The translations under genes were made by a program, and so were the position numbers. Shown here in pieces: positions 1 to 6,659 of a stretch of DNA of 6,659 nucleotides; within the stretch, counting starts at the first letter, position 1, and every line of letters starts with the position of its first letter. The notes under the pieces were generated by a model that saw nothing but the letters and a program-made list of their open reading frames with translations, was not told where the DNA came from and searched no databases. This DNA is from a virus (lineage: Duplodnaviria > Heunggongvirae > Uroviricota > Caudoviricetes). The stretch is taken from IMG/VR virus record IMGVR_UViG_648276660_000002. One strand, given 5' to 3'.

Positions 1-92
1 GTCGGCTCCTGTTTAGTTACGAGCGACATTGCTCCGTGTATTCACTCATTGGAATGAATACACAGTGCAGTGTTTATTCTGTTGTTTATGCC

Positions 93-121
93 AAAAATAA
101 AGGCTACCATCAGGCAGCCTT
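93..121 (-). terminator. Putative intrinsic terminator on the leftward transcript, overlapping the ral stop codon
   Basis: On the minus strand, plus coords 113-121 and 100-108 pair as a 9-bp stem (one G-U pair) with a 4-nt loop, followed by a U-rich tract (plus 93-99 is AAAAATAA). Read by eye; no folding energy computed. Confidence 0.4.
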
Positions 122-310
122 GTTATTCTGTTTACCAAGTTCTCTGGCAATCATTGCCGTCGTTCGTATTGCCCATTTATCGACATATTTCCCATCTTCC
201 ATTACAGGAAACATTTCTTCAGGCTTAACCATGCATTCCGATTGCAGCTTGCATCCATTGCATCGTTTGAATTGTCCACACCATTGATTCTTATCAATAG
301 TCGTAGTCAT
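110..310 (-). CDS. ral: Restriction-alleviation protein Ral-like, 66 aa
   Basis: 66-aa ORF directly downstream of N in the PL operon, start MTTTIDKNQW, with CGQFKRCNGCKLQSEC cysteine cluster. Size, position and sequence match my recollection of lambda Ral (memory, not searched). ATG at 310..308 is preceded by AGGA. Confidence 0.8.
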   Translation of the reverse strand: MTTTIDKNQWCGQFKRCNGCKLQSECMVKPEEMFPVMEDGKYVDKWAIRTTAMIARELGKQNNKAA

Positions 311-388
311 ACGGATAGTCCTGGTATTGTTCCATCACATCCTGCGGATGCTCTTCGAACTCTTCAAATTCTTCTTCCATATATCACC

Positions 389-715
389 TCAAATAAGTGG
401 TTTGCTGCCTAATTTCATTTTCTGGCGACCAACACAAGTCACCCCCATTTCACTGCGTGGCTTGCTGTACCATGTGCGCTGATTCTTGCGCTCAATACGT
501 TGCAGGTTGCTTTCAATCTGTTCGTGGTATTCAGCCAGCACCGTAAGGTCTATCGGATTCAGTGCGCTTTCTACTCGTGATTTCGGTTTGCGATTCAGCG
601 AGAGAATAGGGCGGTTAACTGGTTTTGCGCTTACCCCAACCAACAGGGGATTTGCTGCTTTCCATTGAGCCTGTTTCTCTGCGCGACGTTCGCGGCGGCG
701 TGTTTGTGCATCCAT
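389..715 (-). CDS. N: Antitermination protein N (lambda-type), 108 aa
   Basis: From the internal Met (ATG at 715..713, preceded by AGGAG 7 nt upstream) the protein reads MDAQTRRRERRAEKQAQWKAANPLLVGVSAKPVNRPILSLNRKPK..., the arginine-rich boxB-binding N-terminus of lambda N. The ORF-track extension to 805 would run through nutL and is rejected. Confidence 0.93.
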   Translation of the reverse strand: MDAQTRRRERRAEKQAQWKAANPLLVGVSAKPVNRPILSLNRKPKSRVESALNPIDLTVLAEYHEQIESNLQRIERKNQRTWYSKPRSEMGVTCVGRQKMKLGSKPLI

Positions 716-825
716 CTGGATTCTCCTGTCAGTTAGCTTTGAGTAACGCGCCGTGATGCTTATCTCCACGGTTGCTGTCTTGCAGCTGCATTTCGCGCTA
801 CTCAAAGCTTTCTGCTTTGAATGCT

Positions 826-856
826 GCCCTTCTTCAGGGCTTAATTTTTAAGAGCG
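826..856 (-). promoter_or_regulatory. nutL (boxB 826..840, boxA 849..856)
   Basis: Minus strand reads CGCTCTTA (boxA), spacer, GCCCTGAAGAAGGGC (boxB hairpin: 5-bp GC stem, purine-rich loop), between PL and N; matches the lambda nutL consensus. Confidence 0.85.
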
Positions 857-897
857 TCACCTTCATGGTGGTTAGTGCGTCCTGCTGATGGCTTAAA

Positions 898-968
898 ATT
901 ACAAGAAAGATTGTATGTTGTAAACAAGAAATATTGTAAATGGAGGTGCAAAAAACAAACTCCATTGT
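898..968 (-). promoter_or_regulatory. OL operators with PL promoter (OL1 901..914, OL2 924..937, OL3 955..968)
   Basis: Three 14-bp sites of the 434-operator form ACAA-N6-TTGT: ACAAGAAAGATTGT, ACAAGAAATATTGT, ACAAACTCCATTGT. A TACAAT hexamer on the minus strand (plus 910..915) at the OL2-OL1 gap is a candidate PL -10. Exact -35/-10 assignment is uncertain. Confidence 0.8.
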
Positions 969-990
969 TTTTAAACGGAAAATAGTTTGT
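950..990 (-). terminator. Possible terminator at the end of the cI operon, overlapping OL3
   Basis: Perfect 7-bp inverted repeat ACAAACT (955..961) / AGTTTGT (984..990), followed on the minus strand by TTTTT (plus 950..954), 29 bp past the stop of the 1019..1423 ORF. The 22-nt loop is long for an intrinsic terminator, hence low confidence. Confidence 0.3.
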
Positions 991-1018
991 TTTTGGGTTA
1001 CTGAGATTGAGGTGGGGA

Positions 1019-2371
<1,353 letters not shown>

Positions 2372-2379
2372 GACATTCC

Positions 2380-2411
2380 CGCTCTTACACATCCCAGCCC
2401 TGAAAAAGGGC
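2380..2411 (+). promoter_or_regulatory. nutR (boxA 2380..2387, boxB 2397..2411)
   Basis: CGCTCTTA followed 9 nt later by GCCCTGAAAAAGGGC, immediately downstream of cro; matches lambda nutR boxA/boxB. Confidence 0.85.
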
Positions 2412-2487
2412 ATTACCAGAAACAAATCTCTATGGTTTTGCGTTTCTTTGCGAAGCCAACTCTATCTAATCATTAAGGAAATTATCT

Positions 2488-2769
2488 ATGGGTACTATTG
2501 CAACTAAAAGCAAGAAAGCGGCTCGCATCGAGTCAGCCTTGCTGAACAAACTGGCACTGATGGGGCAGAAGACATTCGCTCGAGCAATGGGGGTTCCTGA
2601 ATATCAGGTAAGCCGATGGAAGAATGGTTTCTTCTCGCAGGTAAGCATGATGCTGGCTGTTCTGGAATACGGAATCGAAGACGATGAAATGGCTGAGCTG
2701 ACTAAGCGGCTTGCCAATTACCTGACAAAAGAAAAAGCCCCGAAGAACGGCGAATTCTTCGAGGCCTGA
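2488..2769 (+). CDS. cII: CII transcriptional activator, 93 aa
   Basis: The segment [15 protein letters not shown]...[10 protein letters not shown]...[18 protein letters not shown] parallels lambda CII ([16 protein letters not shown]...SQISRWK...SMLLAVLEWGVVDDDMARL, from memory). AAGGA sits 8 nt upstream of the ATG. Confidence 0.9.
   Translation: MGTIATKSKKAARIESALLNKLALMGQKTFARAMGVPEYQVSRWKNGFFSQVSMMLAVLEYGIEDDEMAELTKRLANYLTKEKAPKNGEFFEA
2500..2513 (-). promoter_or_regulatory. Candidate CII-binding site (TTGC-N6-TTGC) of a PRE-type leftward promoter
   Basis: Plus strand reads GCAA-CTAAAA-GCAA, i.e. TTGC-N6-TTGC on the minus strand, within cII codons 5-9, the same place as the lambda PRE -35 region. 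The -10 was not located. Confidence 0.5.
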
Positions 2770-2803
2770 TGTAGAAAGACTGGATCAATCCACAGGAGTC
2801 ATT

Positions 2804-2947
2804 ATGACAAAACAACTCAGTCCTTACCAGGACAAAATTCACAAACACATACTACGTGATCGCTTCCTGTCCAGCTTCAAGCAGCCTGGTCGATTCCGGG
2901 CTGAGTTGGAAAAAGTGAAGCTGATGCAGAAGGAGAAAGGTCATGAG
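2804..2947 (+). CDS. Small basic ORF, 47 aa ([48 protein letters not shown]), between cII and the O-like gene
   Basis: AGGAG at 2794..2798, 5 nt before the ATG. The stop overlaps the O-like start (ATGAGTAA). Below the ORF-track size cutoff; found by manual translation. Function unknown. Confidence 0.4.
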
Positions 2948-3803
2948 TAATCTTGCAACCGTAACACATTTAAGGCCTTCACAACGGCCTGTGGAGCGTC
3001 GTGTGGCAGAAGTTGAAGATGGTTATACCCGTCTTGCAAATGCCCTGTATGAAGAGCTTATCGGCGCAGATTTAACGAAAAATCAGAGCAAGGTTGCCCA
3101 CGCCATATGCCGTAAAACATACGGCTACGGTAAAAAGATGGATCGCATCTCTGATAGTCAGTTAGCTCAAATTACCAGGCTGCCAAGACAGAAGGTAAAC
3201 AAGGCCAAGAATGAGCTTATCGCGATGAAGGTTATCCTTCGCGAAGGCCAGCAAATCGGTCCTAACAAGAACATCGAAGAATGGCAAATCGAAGGGTGTC
3301 ACTACTCTGGTGATAATGTCACTACATTGGTGACAAAAAGTGTCACCAAAACGGTGACAGCGCTGTCACCAAAACAGGGACACACAAAAGAAACTATTAC
3401 AAAAGAAAAAAGAAATAATAAAAACACTATGTCCGAAAGTGTTCGGACGGAGTGTGAAAAATCACCTGACCGTCACGAAGAAATCGACAAGGCATTCGAG
3501 GAAATATTCTGGTGTGCAGGCATGCGGAAAGCCGGGAAGAAAAACGCAGCTTCGGCATTCAGAACACAGTTCAGGGAATGGCGTAAAACTACCAGGGGTA
3601 CGGCAAGCGAGTTTGCTACGATGCTGGCAGAAGACATCGCATGCAGGAATGGTAAGCAGTTCGGATTCGACAGGTTGTTACCATCGAGCTACCTGAACGG
3701 TCAACGCTGGAACGACGAGAAGCCAGAAACTATTCAACCACAATCCAAACCATCATCCGCAATCACCGTATCGAAAACTGGCTACGTGTTTTTCGACAGG
3801 TGA
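2943..3803 (+). CDS. O: Replication initiator, lambda O-like N-terminal origin-binding domain with divergent C-terminus, 286 aa
   Basis: N-domain matches lambda O in motifs [50 protein letters not shown]. The gene contains the iteron/AT-rich origin. The C-terminal third does not resemble the P-binding domain of lambda O as I recall it. Confidence 0.88.
   Translation: MSNLATVTHLRPSQRPVERRVAEVEDGYTRLANALYEELIGADLTKNQSKVAHAICRKTYGYGKKMDRISDSQLAQITRLPRQKVNKAKNELIAMKVILREGQQIGPNKNIEEWQIEGCHYSGDNVTTLVTKSVTKTVTALSPKQGHTKETITKEKRNNKNTMSESVRTECEKSPDRHEEIDKAFEEIFWCAGMRKAGKKNAASAFRTQFREWRKTTRGTASEFATMLAEDIACRNGKQFGFDRLLPSSYLNGQRWNDEKPETIQPQSKPSSAITVSKTGYVFFDR
3309..3428. other. Origin of replication inside the O-like gene: palindromic iterons (3309..3370) plus AT-rich region (3381..3428)
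   Basis: GGTGAtaatGTCAC (3309..3322), GGTGACAaaaagTGTCACC (3329..3347), GGTGACAgcgcTGTCACC (3353..3370), then ACAAAAGAAACTATTACAAAAGAAAAAAGAAATAATAAAAACA. Same layout as ori-lambda. Confidence 0.75.
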
Positions 3804-3910
3804 ACCATGAAATCAAAAATCAAATCGCTACTGGTCGCTGGTTATAACCACGGCTGGTTAAGTATTTCTTTTGTCGATTTCTGGTTTAAAAATCTCAATC
3901 TGAGGGAATC

Positions 3911-5791
3911 ATGACGCCAAGTGAACTTAGCGACCTGCTTTGGGCGCAGGTTGACAGGGTGGCTCCGCACCTGTTGCCAAACGGCAAGAAAGAGGGGCAT
4001 GAGTGGGTTGCCGGTAACGTCAACGGCGACAAGGGAAACAGCCTTAAGGTCAACCTTAGCGGCAAGAAAAAATGGGCTGATTTCGCCGAGGGAGACGGCG
4101 GTGACATGCTTGATTTGTGGATGGCATGTCGTGGAATTAACCTGCATCAGGCTATGCAGGAAGCGAAAGCATTTCTCGGTATCAAGGATGACGATCACCA
4201 TTTCGATGCCAAACGTGAGAAAAAATTCTCCAGACCTGATCGCAAGAAAATCGCCCGCTACGTTACCAGAACAGAATCCCATCTTGAGTACCTGCAATCG
4301 CGTGGCATATCGCCAGAAATCGTAAAGCGCTACGAGGTTGTCAGCGGCAAGGTGTGGAATGGAGAGCGGGAACTGGATGCTCTGGTGATTCCGTACAAAC
4401 GCGATGGTGAGTTGTTGCAGGTCAAGCGAATCAGCACTGAGCGCCCGGACGGGAAGAAAGTCATTATGGCAGAAGGTGATTGCGAACCTTGTCTGTTCGG
4501 ATGGCAGGCTCTGGACGCTGGCGTGAGGGCGGTTGTGCTTTGCGAAGGCGAAATTGATTGTATGAGCTATGCGCAATACGGCATCTCGGCGTTATCCGTG
4601 CCGTTTGGTGGCGGGAAAGGCGCTAAGCAGCAGTGGATTGAGTTTGAGTATCACAACCTCGACAGGTTTGAGGAAATATTCATCTCGATGGACGTTGATG
4701 ATGTTGGTCGTGAAGCCGCAAGGGAAATCGCAAGCCGACTCGGTGAACATCGTTGCCGTCTTGTTACTCTGCCGTACAAAGACATCAACGAATGCCTGAT
4801 GAACGGTGTTACCGAGGATGAAATCTGGCAGTACATCGGCACGGCATCCTACTTCGATCCTGAAGAACTCTACAGCGCGCGAGAGTTTTACCAGGACACT
4901 ATCAACGCTTTCTACGGCAAGCAGCAGTATCTGTTTAATCCACCGTGGGAATCTCTGGCAGATAAATTCCAGTTCCGTGAGGCCGAGTTGACGCTGGTCA
5001 ATGGTGTGAACGGTCACGGAAAAACGGAGGTTGTCGGGCATATGGCACTTGAGGCAATGCGTCAGGGTGTGAAGACGTGCATCGCGTCACTTGAGCTGAA
5101 GCCTGGTATTCTCCTTAAGCGCCTTACCCGTCAGGCGACGTGCTGCAAGATGCCGCCAGTGCTGGAAATTGACTCTGCATTTAAATTTTATGACGAAAGA
5201 CTTTGGGTGTTTGGCCTGACCGGAACGGCGAAAGCCGACAGGCTGATCGAAATATTCGACTACGCTCGCCGCCGATACGGGATCCAGTTATTCATCATCG
5301 ACAGCCTGATGAAATGTGGCATAGGCGACGATGACTATAACGGGCAGAAGGCGTTTGTTGACTCGATTTGCGACTTCAAAAACAAAACAAACTCCCACGT
5401 CATTCTCGTTACTCACTCCAGAAAAGGAGACAGCGAAGAAAAACCAACCGGGAAAATGGACGTAAAAGGCTCTGGAGCGATAACAGACCTGACAGACAAC
5501 CTTTTCATCATCTGGCGTAACAAGGCTCGCGAGAGAGCGTTACAGAGAGTTCAGAGTGGTGAAAAGATGTCAGAGAAGGACGAACAGCTACTGGCATCTC
5601 CGGCATCTGTTTTGATGCTTGAAAAACAACGTAACGGCGAAGGTTGGGAAGGTGGTGTCCCGTTGTTCCTTGACGAGCAATCGCACCAGTTCCTGCAACT
5701 TGAATCAGGATCGCCATATAGCTACATCGCCAATATGCCGAAATCGGAATATGACGAGGCGTGGCGACAGGAAAACGTGACGGAGTATTAA
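3911..5791 (+). CDS. Bifunctional primase-helicase: DnaG-type Toprim primase fused to a RecA-fold, probably SF4 DnaB/T7-gp4-like, helicase; 626 aa
   Basis: Toprim acidic motifs CEGEID (4541..4558) and DVDD (4691..4702); Walker A GVNGHGKTE (about 5003..5029); Walker B LFIIDSL (5288..5308). GAGGG upstream of the ATG. Occupies the slot of lambda P. Confidence 0.9.
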   Translation: MTPSELSDLLWAQVDRVAPHLLPNGKKEGHEWVAGNVNGDKGNSLKVNLSGKKKWADFAEGDGGDMLDLWMACRGINLHQAMQEAKAFLGIKDDDHHFDAKREKKFSRPDRKKIARYVTRTESHLEYLQSRGISPEIVKRYEVVSGKVWNGERELDALVIPYKRDGELLQVKRISTERPDGKKVIMAEGDCEPCLFGWQALDAGVRAVVLCEGEIDCMSYAQYGISALSVPFGGGKGAKQQWIEFEYHNLDRFEEIFISMDVDDVGREAAREIASRLGEHRCRLVTLPYKDINECLMNGVTEDEIWQYIGTASYFDPEELYSAREFYQDTINAFYGKQQYLFNPPWESLADKFQFREAELTLVNGVNGHGKTEVVGHMALEAMRQGVKTCIASLELKPGILLKRLTRQATCCKMPPVLEIDSAFKFYDERLWVFGLTGTAKADRLIEIFDYARRRYGIQLFIIDSLMKCGIGDDDYNGQKAFVDSICDFKNKTNSHVILVTHSRKGDSEEKPTGKMDVKGSGAITDLTDNLFIIWRNKARERALQRVQSGEKMSEKDEQLLASPASVLMLEKQRNGEGWEGGVPLFLDEQSHQFLQLESGSPYSYIANMPKSEYDEAWRQENVTEY

Positions 5792-5820
5792 ATGACCATC
5801 TACATCACTGAGCTTGTAAC

Positions 5821-5852
5821 AGGCCTGCTGGTAATCGCAGGCCTTTTTATTT
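5821..5852 (+). terminator. Intrinsic terminator after the primase-helicase gene (tR2-like position)
   Basis: Perfect 8-bp stem AGGCCTGC (5821..5828) / GCAGGCCT (5837..5844), 8-nt loop, followed by TTTTATTT (5845..5852). Confidence 0.6.
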
Positions 5853-5867
5853 GGGGGAGAGTAAATC

Positions 5868-6074
5868 GTGGTTGAGTTAATTTTCTCTGCATTGAGGATT
5901 CTCGGTGCTATGTGGATGGTGGTGACGTTCATTGTGGTTGCCAGCAGTTTTATCCGGTTGGTGGGTGAAGGTAAAGACATGGTGGGTGTGCTTTTCGGTA
6001 GCATTCTAATGTGGGTGATTATCGGTGTTGCGCCTGTCGCTGTAGCAAAAATGGCGTGGCGTTTTGTGAGTTGA
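5868..6074 (+). CDS. Small hydrophobic protein with two predicted transmembrane segments, 68 aa, GTG start
   Basis: MVELIFSALRILGAMWMVVTFIVVASSFIRLVGEGKDMVGVLFGSILMWVIIGVAPVAVAKMAWRFVS. GGGGAGAG lies 6 nt upstream of GTG 5868. G-rich first codon positions look coding. Function unknown. Confidence 0.4.
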   Translation: MVELIFSALRILGAMWMVVTFIVVASSFIRLVGEGKDMVGVLFGSILMWVIIGVAPVAVAKMAWRFVS

Positions 6075-6091
6075 ACTGAGGGTAAGTACCG

Positions 6092-6406
6092 ATGGACGAA
6101 TCAAGAAAGCAGTTTGAGGAATACGTTGCCAAAAAATTGAGATTACCATTCGAGATGATAACCGAGGCAAGAAATGGTGATAGGTACTTCGCATTTTCAA
6201 GCATGGATATTCGTCACTCCTTAAATGAGTGGTGGACTTTATGGCAGGCATCGCGAGCAGCTATTGAAATAACCGCGCCAAAGTTTATCGACAGCAGAGA
6301 AGCATTAGCCAAAGGGTTTACTGTTGATTATTCCAATGGCTTCGGTGATGCAATGGATGCTTATGAGGAAAACATCAGCGCTGCTGGAGTCAAAGTGAAG
6401 GAGTGA
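6092..6406 (+). CDS. Hypothetical protein, 104 aa, in the ren/nin position
   Basis: ORF with GAGGG about 10 nt upstream, same strand as the operon. Not recognisable as lambda Ren from memory. Confidence 0.6.
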   Translation: MDESRKQFEEYVAKKLRLPFEMITEARNGDRYFAFSSMDIRHSLNEWWTLWQASRAAIEITAPKFIDSREALAKGFTVDYSNGFGDAMDAYEENISAAGVKVKE

Positions 6407-6408
6407 GT

Positions 6409-6573
6409 ATGAGCGCATACGAAGAAATCATGTTAGCCCTGCGATTCTTTTTCGGTGTGGAAGAAGATGAAAACGTAAATGAGATTATCGGGCAAGACCA
6501 TGACCCGATAGGGACTATTGCAGCTGCACTTGACGATTACAGGAGCGTAAATGGTGAGGAAACTAACGTTTGA
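6409..6573 (+). CDS. Small highly acidic protein, 54 aa (MSAYEEIMLALRFFFGVEEDENVNEIIGQDHDPIGTIAAALDDYRSVNGEETNV)
   Basis: ATG 2 nt after the stop of the 104-aa ORF, with GGAG upstream; its 3' end overlaps the ninB start by 23 nt. Found by manual translation, below the ORF-track cutoff. 13 of 54 residues are D/E and only 2 are K/R. Confidence 0.4.
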   Translation: MSAYEEIMLALRFFFGVEEDENVNEIIGQDHDPIGTIAAALDDYRSVNGEETNV

Positions 6574-6659
6574 ACTAAGAAGCCCCATCCATCAGCAGAA
6601 CGCCATTCAAGCTATCCAGCAAATTCTTCCAGACCCAACCAAACCAATCGTAGTAACCA
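6551..6659 (+). CDS. ninB: NinB (Orf-family recombination mediator), N-terminal fragment; continues past the window end
   Basis: MVRKLTFELRSPIHQQNAIQAIQQILPDPTKPIVVT matches lambda NinB N-terminus (MKKLTFEIRSPAHQQNAIHAVQQILPDPTKPIVVT, from memory). AGGAG 5 nt upstream of the ATG. Confidence 0.8.
   Translation, partial: MVRKLTFELRSPIHQQNAIQAIQQILPDPTKPIVVT

Noticed and set aside
36-287. 83-aa ORF on the plus strand
   Set aside because: Entirely antisense to ral and its flanks, with no convincing RBS.
486-668. 60-aa ORF on the plus strand
   Set aside because: Antisense to N; N is strongly supported on the other strand.
716-805. N-terminal extension of the N ORF (MSSAKCSCK...)
   Set aside because: Would read through nutL and toward PL. 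The N start at 715 has an AGGAG RBS and gives the expected MDAQTRRRERR N-terminus.
3439-3696. 85-aa ORF on the plus strand
   Set aside because: Alternative frame inside the O-like gene.
3842-5041. Several ORFs (3842..4576 minus, 3895..4107 minus, 3921..4325 plus, 4569..4799 plus, 4592..5041 minus, 4651..4842 minus, 4806..4991 plus)
   Set aside because: All are antisense to or out of frame within the primase-helicase gene, whose frame carries the Toprim and Walker motifs.
5508-6251. Minus-strand ORFs 5508..5717, 5705..6004, 6006..6251 and 6019..6204
   Set aside because: Antisense to the helicase 3' end, the small hydrophobic ORFs and the 104-aa ORF, against the rightward operon, with no start signals.

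Overview
This window reads as the immunity and early-replication segment of a lambda-family temperate phage or prophage, with a phage-434-type immunity core set in a lambda-like frame. All calls are from reading the sequence and recalling known phage proteins; no database search or structure prediction was run. Leftward (minus strand): PL/OL with three 14-bp ACAA-N6-TTGT operators -> nutL -> N -> ral. PRM operon (minus strand): cI, whose N-terminus matches the 434 repressor, translationally coupled to a downstream 134-aa ORF with a signal peptide, sitting where lambda carries rexAB. Rightward (plus strand): OR1-3/PR -> cro (434-type) -> nutR -> cII -> a 47-aa ORF -> O-like initiator with an internal iteron/AT-rich origin -> a 626-aa Toprim primase / helicase fusion where lambda has P -> intrinsic terminator -> small hydrophobic ORFs -> two ORFs of unknown function -> ninB, cut by the window end. 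The best candidates for undescribed biology are the cI-coupled secreted-protein gene at 1019..1423, then the small coupled ORFs after the helicase (5792..6074) and the unknown pair at 6092..6573. None of these is a demonstrated system; they are single or paired small genes in positions where lambdoid phages usually carry accessory cargo.
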